From Candidatus Levybacteria bacterium RIFCSPHIGHO2_02_FULL_40_18 (GTDB lineage: Bacteria; Patescibacteriota; Microgenomatia; Levybacterales; GWA1-39-11): a stretch of DNA of 64,000 nt. Under the pieces are notes generated by a model that saw only the letters and a list, made by a program, of their open reading frames with translations, was not told the origin of the DNA and searched no databases. The number at the start of each line of letters is the position of its first letter. The first letter of the stretch is position 1. Location: NCBI GenBank assembly GCA_001782235.1, contig MFOC01000007.1:315909-379908 (forward strand). The letters are read 5' to 3'. Made by a program: the position numbers and the translations under genes. Below, one piece after another: positions 1-8,986 of the stretch.

Positions 1-107
1 GTCACGCGGTATCAGGCATGCTCCCAAAAAACAAATTAAGGGCATCGATGCTAAGAAGACTTTATGTATTTTCGGGAGAACAACATCCATATGAAAACAA
101 GTTCTAA
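1..107 (+). CDS. rplM: 50S ribosomal protein L13, C-terminal fragment (5' partial at window edge)
   Basis: Frame-3 translation ends ...[20 protein letters not shown], matching the conserved L13 C-terminus (KLKVYAGxxHPHxAQ). It lies immediately upstream of rpsI, the canonical L13-S9 operon order. Confidence 0.5.
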   Translation, partial: HAVSGMLPKNKLRASMLRRLYVFSGEQHPYENKF

Positions 108-531
108 AAATTTTATTTTTGCCAAAGGTGGAAGAAAAGAAGCAGTTGCCCGCATACGGCTTTATAATATGGGCAAAGCATCAATTGATGGAGTCGAACT
201 CAAAAAAGGAGACATATTTGTAAATAGTAAACCGATTCAAGAATATTTTAGATTTAGCGCTTATGCTCCAATCTATAATAAATTTATACTTGATACCGGT
301 ATAAGCGGAAAGTACCCTTTTAGTATAAAAGTTGAGGGTGGGGGATTGGCAGGGCAATTAGACGCGGTAATTCTTGGAATGGCGAGAGCTCTTGACAAAT
401 TAGATCGCGAGCAATATCACAAAGTTCTTAGAAACCACGGATATCTGACTCGCGACGCTCGGGAGCGTGAGCGCCGAAAAGTCGGAATGGGCGGCAAAGC
501 TCGTCGCAAAAAACAATCGCCTAAACGTTAG
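91..531 (+). CDS. rpsI: 30S ribosomal protein S9
   Basis: ATG at 91 within ORF 64-531. [12 protein letters not shown] and the [10 protein letters not shown] motifs are present, with the basic C-terminal tail ...[11 protein letters not shown] typical of S9. Confidence 0.9.
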   Translation: MKTSSKNFIFAKGGRKEAVARIRLYNMGKASIDGVELKKGDIFVNSKPIQEYFRFSAYAPIYNKFILDTGISGKYPFSIKVEGGGLAGQLDAVILGMARALDKLDREQYHKVLRNHGYLTRDARERERRKVGMGGKARRKKQSPKR

Positions 532-1045
532 CCTTACGCAAAAGTTTTGTTATTACCTCGAAGGAGAAGCCTTTTCTTTGTAAAAATCCTCCCATTTTCT
601 TTTTAAATTGGTCTGGCGGAAGTTTGCCCAGGGTTTTTTTCTTTTTGTCGAACAAAATTCGGGCTGTTTCAAAATCGTCTTGTGCTTCTTTTAACAATGA
701 TTCGATTATATCTCCGTTTAACCCTTTTAGGCGAAGTTCATTTTTGAGAATAAATTTACTTCTTCCTTTGTGTTTTTGGCGGGATTCAATCCACTGGCGG
801 GCGAACTCTTCATCGTTTAAAAACTTTAAATCAATAAGTTTTTTTAAAACTGAATTTATTGTATCTTCGATAAAGTTTTTCCGAAGTAAATAATCATAAA
901 CTTCTTTAACACTGCGATCTCGATACGAGAGGTATTTTAACGAATAATTAAAGGCCCGTTCGACGGGCTCAGGGTAAACCTGCGAGCGATTTTCTTCAGA
1001 GTTATTTTTAGGCGGCAAGTTCTTCTTCCTCATTCTCTTCAACAC
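521..1045 (-). CDS. recX: recombination regulator RecX
   Basis: RecX-like helical repeats ([22 protein letters not shown]..., [11 protein letters not shown]). Sits immediately downstream of recA on the same strand. Start uncertain because it overlaps the recA 3' end. Confidence 0.75.
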   Translation of the reverse strand: MLKRMRKKNLPPKNNSEENRSQVYPEPVERAFNYSLKYLSYRDRSVKEVYDYLLRKNFIEDTINSVLKKLIDLKFLNDEEFARQWIESRQKHKGRSKFILKNELRLKGLNGDIIESLLKEAQDDFETARILFDKKKKTLGKLPPDQFKKKMGGFLQRKGFSFEVITKLLRKANV

Positions 1046-2099
1046 CTACCGCAATAAGAGGTTTTTGGGTTTTTGATTTTTCCATTACTTCTGCGGTTAT
1101 TTTCTTTTGAATTTCAGGATTCTCGCGAATATAAGCTACGGCCGCAAGTTTTCCTTGACCAAGCATTAGATCTCCGAAACGTAAGAATGCACCTGTTTTT
1201 GAAATTACCCCTGTCTCAATCCCAACGTCTAAAATATTTCCTTCCTTTGAAATTCCTTCATGTGCCAAGACATCAAACTCGGCAACTCGGAATGGCGGGG
1301 CCACCTTATTTTTAACAATCTTGACACGGACGCGGCTGCCAATTGGTTTGTCTCCGTCCTTTAGGACCTCAATTTTTCTAGTATCAAGACGTACAGATGC
1401 ATAGAATTTTAAAGCCATGCCTCCGGTTGTCGTCTCAGGATTACCAAACATTATTCCAATTTTTTGTCTAAGTTGGTTTGTAAATATGACAATTGTTTTA
1501 CTTTTTGATATTGCTGCGGTAAGTTTTCGTAAGGCTTGTGACATAAGACGGGCCTGCATTCCCATCATGGCATCTCCCATTTCTCCTTCAATTTCGGCGC
1601 GTGGGACAAGAGCTGCAACAGAATCGATAACGATAACATCTAGCCCACCGCTTCTAATAAGCTGCTCTGTTATCTCAAGAGCTTGTTCCCCCGTGTCCGG
1701 TTGAGAAATTAATAGATCGTCAAGTTTCACTCCAATAGTTTGGGCCCAAAGAGGATCCAGTGCGTGTTCTGCGTCTATGAATGCTGCTACTCCGCCTCTT
1801 TTTTGTGCCTCTGCAATAACCGAGAGCGCCAAAGTGGTCTTGCCAGATGCCTCAGGTCCATAAATCTCAACAATTCTTCCGCGCGGAAGGCCTCCAACAC
1901 CAAGCGCTAAATCTAATGCCAATGAGCCGGTTGAAATTACATCAACTACCATACGTTCTGCAGCGTCTCCAAATTTCATGATCGAACCCTTGCCGTATTG
2001 TCTCTGGATTTGTTCCATTGCCATTGAGATTGCGGTGAGCTTTTCCGATTGAGGAGATTTTGAAGGGCCGTTTCCAACTTGAGTTTTGGAGTGTCTCGC
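1008..2099 (-). CDS. recA: recombinase RecA
   Basis: [31 protein letters not shown] (Walker A), [13 protein letters not shown]-terminal motif, and the L2 loop GNPETTTGG. Start chosen at MARHSK; the ORF track extends to 2141. Confidence 0.92.
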   Translation of the reverse strand, partial: ARHSKTQVGNGPSKSPQSEKLTAISMAMEQIQRQYGKGSIMKFGDAAERMVVDVISTGSLALDLALGVGGLPRGRIVEIYGPEASGKTTLALSVIAEAQKRGGVAAFIDAEHALDPLWAQTIGVKLDDLLISQPDTGEQALEITEQLIRSGGLDVIVIDSVAALVPRAEIEGEMGDAMMGMQARLMSQALRKLTAAISKSKTIVIFTNQLRQKIGIMFGNPETTTGGMALKFYASVRLDTRKIEVLKDGDKPIGSRVRVKIVKNKVAPPFRVAEFDVLAHEGISKEGNILDVGIETGVISKTGAFLRFGDLMLGQGKLAAVAYIRENPEIQKKITAEVMEKSKTQKPLIAVGVEENEEEELAA

Positions 2100-2170
2100 C
2101 ATAAGTGAGCCCATTTTAGGAAACTTTATTATAAATTGCAATAGATCAAAACCTATGTAACAATGTTATT

Positions 2171-2701
2171 ATGGCTAAGGATCCTGTTGAAAAATTTATT
2201 TCTGAGAATGTTCATTATTCAAAGAATAAGGATGATCTTTTAGATGTTCACATAGGAAATCCTCTTCGTCGAATTACGGAACTACTCGAAGAAATCAAAA
2301 GACAAAAAGCTTTCTCGTTTACTCTCAAGGGAAGTCTTGGTATTGCGGGGGTAATTCTCACTCTTTCGATTCTTGGGATTCTTGGGGCGGGGAATTTGCT
2401 TTGCGCCAAAGGTGTCCAGAAACAAATCGGGGTAGTCAAAGTATTAAACATAAAAGAAAAAGAGCCTCCGGCAATTCCCTTATTTTCCGACGTGATAGAT
2501 CTTTTTTTCGCAAGGCCAAAGCACAATAGCGTTGTTCTTGTTAAATCGGACGATACGGTTATCACGCTTCCATATTCAAGGAGTGTCAGCCTCAATCAAT
2601 ATGCCAGCCTTCCTGTAATTGCAACGGGAGATTATGACTCCTGCGGGCAGACGCTGACAATAAAAGACCCCACCGCAATCGAGATTTATACTTCACGATA
2701 A
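2171..2701 (+). CDS. hypothetical membrane-anchored protein
   Basis: 176-aa ORF with one predicted TM helix (LGIAGVILTLSILGILGAG). No recognisable motif. Confidence 0.4.
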   Translation: MAKDPVEKFISENVHYSKNKDDLLDVHIGNPLRRITELLEEIKRQKAFSFTLKGSLGIAGVILTLSILGILGAGNLLCAKGVQKQIGVVKVLNIKEKEPPAIPLFSDVIDLFFARPKHNSVVLVKSDDTVITLPYSRSVSLNQYASLPVIATGDYDSCGQTLTIKDPTAIEIYTSR

Positions 2702-2916
2702 TGGCTTGGATTAGAATCTTTAGGACAAGAAAGGAAGCGCTCTGGGCACAAAAAATTTTAGAGAAAGGCGGATTCAAAACTACTATCTCAGAAGATAAGC
2801 TTTTTGGAATTCCCATTCAGCGATTCGGTGTTCCGGCTCGATTTAGATTGTTAATCGAACGAGCGGATTTAGAAAAAGCTGCCGAATTCCTCGCCAAAAA
2901 AATCAAAAAGAAATAG
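2701..2916 (+). CDS. small DUF2007-like (putative signal-transducing) protein
   Basis: 71 aa, start overlaps the upstream stop (TAATGG). The beta-alpha-beta pattern with hydrophobic periodicity resembles DUF2007. Weak call. Confidence 0.35.
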   Translation: MAWIRIFRTRKEALWAQKILEKGGFKTTISEDKLFGIPIQRFGVPARFRLLIERADLEKAAEFLAKKIKKK

Positions 2917-3135
2917 ATTTGTCGAGTTGCTAAGACGAACCTTGAACTTTTTATACCACTTCGCGAGTCGATAAACAAATACTGGGATAGAAGTAAATAT
3001 GACTACGCCGTTTTTAGCCAAATAATCCTAGAATCTAGCAACGAATTTCAGTATAATGGAATGTACCGATATTAAGGAATATATCGAATAAATGCGCCAT
3101 GTGTCGCAATAAATTGCCCACCATGATAAATCACT

Positions 3136-4479
3136 ATGTCAATAATTCGAAAAGAAAAAATTACAAAACCTCGGATACTGTTTTTAGACTTCGACCCAAA
3201 GGTTGTTAAAGCGATTGCAGAAAAGGGCTACTTCACGATTCAAGGTGATTCTGGCCTAAGTGGGAAACCGACGAAAATCCCACAACACCCCAGTGAAGTG
3301 GAATTGATTTTTTGGGATTGCTCTAAATTGACCGTACGACCTTCTGGTATGGGCTTCTCACCCGATTATGACGCTATTCAAAAAATCCAGCCATATTTTA
3401 CATACGTAAGAAGTAAAAATGGGACAACTACTGTGTTGTTATCACGCGACACAATCGTCCCGAAGCATATTTCTGGTGCTACTGGTTACACTTTTGGTCT
3501 TACCCCACGCTCTACAACGAATATAATTCCGCCCACTTATGAGGAAGAAGGTATAGAACACTTAAAACCGCTTTTAGAACGCTTCGTACAAGACGAGAAC
3601 ATAAAGTTTTCAATCGGTTGGCTAGACAACAAAGTTGGGTACACTGATTTTTATACAGACGAGGACAATAATCGGTTTGTTGGGTTTTCTGACCCTGACT
3701 TGCTTATTTTCCCTTACGTAAATAGCCAGGTCGACTTTATTTTGTGCGCTCTGCAAGACTGTTTCCCTTATATGACAAACGAGGATATATTTCCTGACAT
3801 TCACAACGTAGTGTGGCTAAATTCAGACGAATTTATTTATCCAGAAGTGAAAACGCTTGAAGGCGAAATTGTCGACATACAGATAAAAGCACAAGAACAA
3901 ATAGGTAATGTCGAGAAGAAAATTCAGATTGTTCGTGACAAAACATCATTTTTGAACCAGGCGTTAATAGCCGACGACAGCGACGCATTTAACGAGGAAG
4001 GTAAGCTTAAACCACAGGTTGTAAAAATGTTTAAAGTATTAGGTTTTAAAGTAACTGACCTGGACGAAGAAAATAAAAAGTTAGGTCAGGCTCTAAAAGA
4101 AGATATACAAATATCAGATAGCGGATATTTCGCCTTAGTAGAGGTAAAAGGTACAGAACGAGGGGCGAAGGCTTCTTGGATTCGAGTCGACCTGAACGCG
4201 CACATCACAGAATATGCAAGAATAAAAAAAGTAGAAACTGTAAACCTCTGTTCTATGTTGGTTTTTAACCACGAACGACGAATAAACCCGCTAGACAGGA
4301 CGCCGCCGTTTGCTTCCGACCCAAATCTGATTACCTACTGTACGGATAGTAACATCACGCTTATACCGATTTACGAGCTATACAAACTCTGTGTAGCGGT
4401 ATTAACTGATAAAGTTAGTGTGGAAGACGCCCGAACTAAGCTAAAAAATCCAGGTTTATATAAATTTACAGAGAAATAA
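3136..4479 (+). CDS. uncharacterised protein with C-terminal PD-(D/E)xK nuclease-like domain
   Basis: 447 aa. The C-terminal motif ...QISDSGYFALVEVKGTERG... (D ... E-V-K) followed by ...NHERR... is a textbook restriction-endonuclease-fold signature. The middle is a predicted coiled coil (EVKTLEGEIVDIQIKAQEQIGNVEKKIQIV). The N-terminal alpha/beta domain is unrecognised. Local GC is higher than in neighbouring genes. Confidence 0.6.
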   Translation: MSIIRKEKITKPRILFLDFDPKVVKAIAEKGYFTIQGDSGLSGKPTKIPQHPSEVELIFWDCSKLTVRPSGMGFSPDYDAIQKIQPYFTYVRSKNGTTTVLLSRDTIVPKHISGATGYTFGLTPRSTTNIIPPTYEEEGIEHLKPLLERFVQDENIKFSIGWLDNKVGYTDFYTDEDNNRFVGFSDPDLLIFPYVNSQVDFILCALQDCFPYMTNEDIFPDIHNVVWLNSDEFIYPEVKTLEGEIVDIQIKAQEQIGNVEKKIQIVRDKTSFLNQALIADDSDAFNEEGKLKPQVVKMFKVLGFKVTDLDEENKKLGQALKEDIQISDSGYFALVEVKGTERGAKASWIRVDLNAHITEYARIKKVETVNLCSMLVFNHERRINPLDRTPPFASDPNLITYCTDSNITLIPIYELYKLCVAVLTDKVSVEDARTKLKNPGLYKFTEK

Positions 4480-4480
4480 T

Positions 4481-4723
4481 ATGACTAATCAGAACGATAC
4501 AAAGCAAAACACACCAGCAAAAGCTAACCCTGTTAAGCAAGTGGTAGAAGTAATGAGAAAAATTGACACAAAGTCGCCAGACGCCGCCCAAGAAAGGACA
4601 AAAAGACTAGCTTCGGTTGTGGGTCCACAACCGTTTTGTGGTACTAATTTTGAAATCCACAACTGCCCACAACTTAGCCTCGGCTGTCCACAAACTTGTG
4701 GAGTCCACAAGTTGTGGGATTAA
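4481..4723 (+). CDS. hypothetical small protein (uncertain; 3' half overlaps the CCACAA repeat array)
   Basis: Start ATG overlaps the upstream stop (TAATATG), suggesting translational coupling. The N-terminal 45 aa is polar and basic; the C-terminal Cys/His-rich part is encoded by the DNA repeats and may not be genuine coding sequence. Confidence 0.3.
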   Translation: MTNQNDTKQNTPAKANPVKQVVEVMRKIDTKSPDAAQERTKRLASVVGPQPFCGTNFEIHNCPQLSLGCPQTCGVHKLWD

Positions 4724-4737
4724 GATACCCACAAACA
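4613..4737. repeat. array of ~10 CCACAA/TTGTGG hexamers incl. three palindromic pairs (TTGTGGgtCCACAA; CCACAAacTTGTGG; CCACAAgTTGTGG)
   Basis: Read directly: ggttgtgggtccacaacc, ttttgtgg, atccacaa, cccacaac, gtccacaaacttgtgga, gtccacaagttgtggga, acccacaaac, all within 125 bp. Confidence 0.85.
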
Positions 4738-4780
4738 GACTTTTGTTGAAAGAATGTTTTCCAAATGCTAAGATTGATTC

Positions 4781-6595
4781 ATGTTTGATGATGATCCTAA
4801 AACCCCTACTAGAGACTTCTTTACTTCATTCACAAATTCAAAAGCAATAGGCGTAATAGTTGTTATTGGATTGATAGTTTTTTTTAACAGTTTATCAAAT
4901 CCATTTATCCTTGATGATAATGTTCAGATTCTTAATAATGCATCTATAAATAGCTTAAGCAATATCCCTTTATATTTTTTAAGAGGTGAAATATTTTCGG
5001 ATATTCCTTCAGTAAATATATTACAAATGCACTATAAGCCACTTTTTTATTCTGCTTATTCACTGATATATTTTTTTTCAGGTGACAATCCTGCGCTATT
5101 CCATTTAGTTCAATTAACGATATACATAGCAAATTCAATTTTGATTTTCTTTATTTTCTCACGCTTTCTGAACAAAGCGTTGTCACTTATTCTATCACTT
5201 ATACTGTTGGTTCACCCCATTAATAGTGAAGTTGCAATTTATATTGCTGACTTGCAAGATGTAATTTTTGTATTGTTTGGCTTATTAGCTTTTTATATCA
5301 CCATAAAAATTAAACATCCTATTACCTATAGATATATATTTTTATTATCATTTTTGTTACTTAGTTCACTTCTGTCAAAAGAGACAGGAATCCTCTTTTT
5401 AATTATTTGTCTATTCTATAGTTGGTTATTTAGTCGAAAAAGCCTCAAGCTAGTCACTGTCGGTGTTTCGATTTCATTAATTTCCTACATATCCCTCAGG
5501 TATTTAGCTTCATTGTCACCCTTATCGACTATAATACTACCCTCTGTTATTCAGTCAGCTCCTATTTTTAATGTTCTTTTAACTGTCCCTAAAATACTTC
5601 TTTATTATCTATCCAATTTCTTATACCCAGTTAATTTAGCAGTAGGACAAGAGTGGATAGTCAGACAGATTAGTTTTCAAGACTTTTATTTCCCAATTCT
5701 TCTTGATACGCTAGCCATCTTCGCTTTTGTTATCTGTGGAACCTTTCTCTATAGAAATAAAAGAAACTTACTTAAACAATTCATATTTTTTTCCTTATGG
5801 TTTTGGCTAGGCATGATAATTCATCTACAAATAATACAACTAGATTTTACTGTCGCAGATAGATGGTTTTATTTTCCGATAATAGGTCTTGCGGGAGCTA
5901 TGGGAACAGTGATAACAAGTTTTAAGTATGAAGGTAACAAGCGAAACTTAAAGAGCATCTTGGTCGCTATATTTATCTTTTTAATACTAATACTTTCAAT
6001 ATTAACTATTATAAGAAATTCACAGTGGCAAACTCCGTTAAAACTTTATGCACACGATGCAAAGTATGCGGAGAGCCCAGAGATTTACACTTATTACGGA
6101 GGACTTCTTATTCATGAGGGAAGGCACGATGAGGCCAAACTATATTTAGAAAAATCCATATCTCTAGATCCTTATCTTGGAAGCAACATAAATAACTTAG
6201 CTAAGCTTTATGTGTATAAAAAGGATTTTGCAAAAGCAAAAGAATTATATAGGCGTAATATAAGATCTAATAAAAGAAAATTAAGCCATAAGGACATTTC
6301 TTATATTGGATTAGCTCAAATTGAACTATTTATTGATAAGGATGCGCAAGAGGCAAAAAAATTTTCTCTACTCGCAACAAAAGAAAATAATTTTAATCTA
6401 AATGCTTTATTATATTTAGCGTTATCTGAATATCAACTTGGGGAGAGAGAAAAATCACTTCAAACAGCTCAAAAACTTTATACATCTGACCCCAGTCAGA
6501 AAAATCAGAGACTGTATTTACTAATTAAAGAAAATAAACTTTTATCAATAAGTGATCCTGCTTATGGACAAATATTTTTCGATTCAGAACGCTAA
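4781..6595 (+). CDS. polytopic membrane protein, GT39/ArnT/PMT_2-like glycosyltransferase fold with C-terminal TPR repeats
   Basis: More than 10 predicted TM helices. The HP-x-SE-V loop motif (LLVHPINSEVAIYIAD) is typical of ArnT/PMT-type glycosyltransferases. The C-terminus has TPR-like repeats (EAKLYLEKSISLDPYLGSNINNLAKLYVYKKDFAKAKELY). Confidence 0.6.
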   Translation: MFDDDPKTPTRDFFTSFTNSKAIGVIVVIGLIVFFNSLSNPFILDDNVQILNNASINSLSNIPLYFLRGEIFSDIPSVNILQMHYKPLFYSAYSLIYFFSGDNPALFHLVQLTIYIANSILIFFIFSRFLNKALSLILSLILLVHPINSEVAIYIADLQDVIFVLFGLLAFYITIKIKHPITYRYIFLLSFLLLSSLLSKETGILFLIICLFYSWLFSRKSLKLVTVGVSISLISYISLRYLASLSPLSTIILPSVIQSAPIFNVLLTVPKILLYYLSNFLYPVNLAVGQEWIVRQISFQDFYFPILLDTLAIFAFVICGTFLYRNKRNLLKQFIFFSLWFWLGMIIHLQIIQLDFTVADRWFYFPIIGLAGAMGTVITSFKYEGNKRNLKSILVAIFIFLILILSILTIIRNSQWQTPLKLYAHDAKYAESPEIYTYYGGLLIHEGRHDEAKLYLEKSISLDPYLGSNINNLAKLYVYKKDFAKAKELYRRNIRSNKRKLSHKDISYIGLAQIELFIDKDAQEAKKFSLLATKENNFNLNALLYLALSEYQLGEREKSLQTAQKLYTSDPSQKNQRLYLLIKENKLLSISDPAYGQIFFDSER

Positions 6596-6837
6596 TATTA
6601 ACGTAGCGCATCATAACAATTCTAGGATAAGCCAAACCTGTGCGAATTATATAGTTGAATCGATAATTTACCAGTTAATTAGTTATGTGTATTTTTCTAA
6701 TTAATATTTGTCAGAATTCAAATATCTTTAAATCATTGATTTTTTAAATATGCTTCTTCCGGACTTCCCAGACTGTTATGATCTATTTTACTCCAGTTGA
6801 CTTATTGATTTTAAGGTGATATGTTTATTTAATTAGA

Positions 6838-8559
6838 ATGAATAGCTTAATTAAAAAGCTAGGTATATTACTAACAACTTTCACGTTTCTTCTTTTTGGA
6901 TTTTTTATTACCGCTCATGCAAATCAAGCACTTGCACACACACTCTCGGGGAATGTTTCAGAAGCATCTGGTACAGATATAGTTGGAGCTGTTGTTGATG
7001 TAATTGATACAACTACTAGTAATAATATAGGAAGTGACACTACAGACAGTTCCGGAAATTATAGCGTAGAAGTAAATAGCGGGACATATGATATAGAAGT
7101 TACACCACCGGGAGGAAGTGGATTTGGCTCCGCAATTGCCCCGAGCAGAACTATTTCGGGTGATACTGTTGTAAATTTTATTTTAGTTCCTGCTGGGCCT
7201 GTTATTCTTAGCGGTCATGTATACGATCGATCTGGAAATGCTGTTCCTAATCAAACGGTAAGATTAGGGGATTCAGCTGGTAATACAACAAGTACGACTA
7301 CAAACAGCAATGGCGAATATTCTTTGCAAGTGTCGCCAGGTACTTTCCGTCTTGATGTAACTGGAGACAATAACCCTGTAACCCTAGAGATTCCAAGAAG
7401 GTACGAGATTACAAAGAATGGTTATTCTCTTACTCAGAGTACGACTTTAGATATTACAATTCCTGCAAAACAAGTAATTACTCATGTCCAAGATGCATCA
7501 GGAAACTCTATAAGTGGAATAGAGATTACCGTTGTACCTCCAACTGGTGTATCAGGAGGAGGTTATTCTATTGGTGGAGGTATTACAAATGCATTTGGCT
7601 CTTCCAGATATGTTAGTCCTGGATTAGTCACGAATCAGAACGGAGACGTAACATTTTGGCTTCTCCCGAATGAAGGGGGCGGCAATACCTATACCTTTAC
7701 AGCAACGCCACCAAGCGGAAGCATTTATTCACCTTTCAATTTAAATAATGTAGTTGTGGTATCGGATCAGACAGAAATAGTTTCACTGCAATTTATTCAT
7801 GATGCGCCGGTTACGACAGCAAACTTGGCAACCCAAAATGCAGACGGAACATACTCTGATCCGACAACAGTCACGCTTTCCGCAACGGCAGCGGAAGGAT
7901 TTACCATTGCCAATACTTATTACACGATTGATGGCGGTGCTCAACAGACTTATTCATCCCCTTTTCAAGTTTCAGGTGATGGACAGCACGCAATCACATT
8001 TTGGTCTATAGATAATGTTGGAGTTTTTGAAAATCCAAATGAACAAATCTTCACGATTAACGCAGTAGATCAGCTTACCTCCCTCTCCCCTGCCAACATC
8101 TGGATAGGTCTTAAGAACAGTGATGATGTTGGAACAAGATTTGATTTGAAAGCCGAAGTGTATAAAAATAGTACTGAACTTGTTAGTTCTGGACAGTTGG
8201 ACAATGTCTGGGGAGGGAGCAGCGGTTTTAATAATGCCAACCTACAAACCATTCCATTTAACACTTTTTCACCTGTAGATTTTCCAGAAGGATCAACTTT
8301 AAGCATTAAGCTATACGTTAGAAATGCTTGTCAAGGGCCTACGCATAATTCAGGAACTGCTCGTCTATGGTATGATGATGCGGCGGCTAATAGTAGATTC
8401 GATGCAACAATAGAAGGAAGCAATAGCAATTACTATCTTAGAAACAATTTTGTTCTTTCAACAGCAGTCGGTATCGGTCCAAAACAAAAGATTGATGTTC
8501 AGGCAGGATCTAAGTGCAGTCCTTTCAAGACCTTTGGAACATGGAGTATCACTCCGTAA
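6838..8559 (+). CDS. secreted cell-surface protein with CarboxypepD_reg-like (Cna-B/prealbumin-fold) repeats
   Basis: N-terminal signal peptide (MNSLIKKLGILLTTFTFLLFGFFITAHANQALA). Repeated SGxV-D-xG-xxGA-V-...-TD-xGxY-...-GTY-...-V units, plus a beta-sandwich-like C-terminal domain. Confidence 0.6.
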   Translation: MNSLIKKLGILLTTFTFLLFGFFITAHANQALAHTLSGNVSEASGTDIVGAVVDVIDTTTSNNIGSDTTDSSGNYSVEVNSGTYDIEVTPPGGSGFGSAIAPSRTISGDTVVNFILVPAGPVILSGHVYDRSGNAVPNQTVRLGDSAGNTTSTTTNSNGEYSLQVSPGTFRLDVTGDNNPVTLEIPRRYEITKNGYSLTQSTTLDITIPAKQVITHVQDASGNSISGIEITVVPPTGVSGGGYSIGGGITNAFGSSRYVSPGLVTNQNGDVTFWLLPNEGGGNTYTFTATPPSGSIYSPFNLNNVVVVSDQTEIVSLQFIHDAPVTTANLATQNADGTYSDPTTVTLSATAAEGFTIANTYYTIDGGAQQTYSSPFQVSGDGQHAITFWSIDNVGVFENPNEQIFTINAVDQLTSLSPANIWIGLKNSDDVGTRFDLKAEVYKNSTELVSSGQLDNVWGGSSGFNNANLQTIPFNTFSPVDFPEGSTLSIKLYVRNACQGPTHNSGTARLWYDDAAANSRFDATIEGSNSNYYLRNNFVLSTAVGIGPKQKIDVQAGSKCSPFKTFGTWSITP

Positions 8560-8845
8560 TTATCCTCTTGCAAAATAAGTTTTCACATAATATATTAAAA
8601 ACGGACTCAGCTTTTCGTAGATCATCTTTTTTTGTGGCGCACTTGTTCAGCAAGGAGATGATCTGAGCTGAGTCCAACAGGTGCGCCATCTTAGATTTAG
8701 GAATACATTAAAAAAATTTTCGCGTTTTCTTTCACTTCTTTTTGTTCTCAAGTTTCCGCCGTTTTCAAAAAGGGCTTTGAAACAATCCGCGCGACCCCCC
8801 ACGCGCGGAAGATTTTTGAGCTTCCTGCAACAGACTCTCTCTGTG

Positions 8846-8916
8846 TCGGGATGTGGGGAATTGAACCCCATCCACACGCACCCCATGCGCGCATTCTACC
8901 GTTAAACTACACCCCG
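8846..8916 (-). tRNA. tRNA-Pro (anticodon GGG)
   Basis: Manual fold of the reverse complement: acceptor CGGGGTG/CATCCCG (one G-U pair), D arm GTTT-AACGGTA-GAAT, anticodon stem CGCGC/GCGTG with loop AUGGGGU (U33, anticodon GGG, G37), T arm GGGG-TTCAATT-CCCC, discriminator A. No CCA is encoded. Confidence 0.8.
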
Positions 8917-8986
8917 TTCGACTCGCTTCGCTCGCTCAGGGCGAGTCCGTCGATATGTTCGTATTATATCGAATCCAGTATCGAAT

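Noticed and set aside
4481-4723. Treating the whole 80-aa ORF as a Cys/His zinc-finger protein
   Set aside because: The Cys/His residues are encoded by the CCACAA/TTGTGG DNA palindromes. DNA-level palindromy is better explained by protein-binding sites than by coding constraint. Only the N-terminal ~45 codons, which are translationally coupled to the upstream gene, look plausibly coding.
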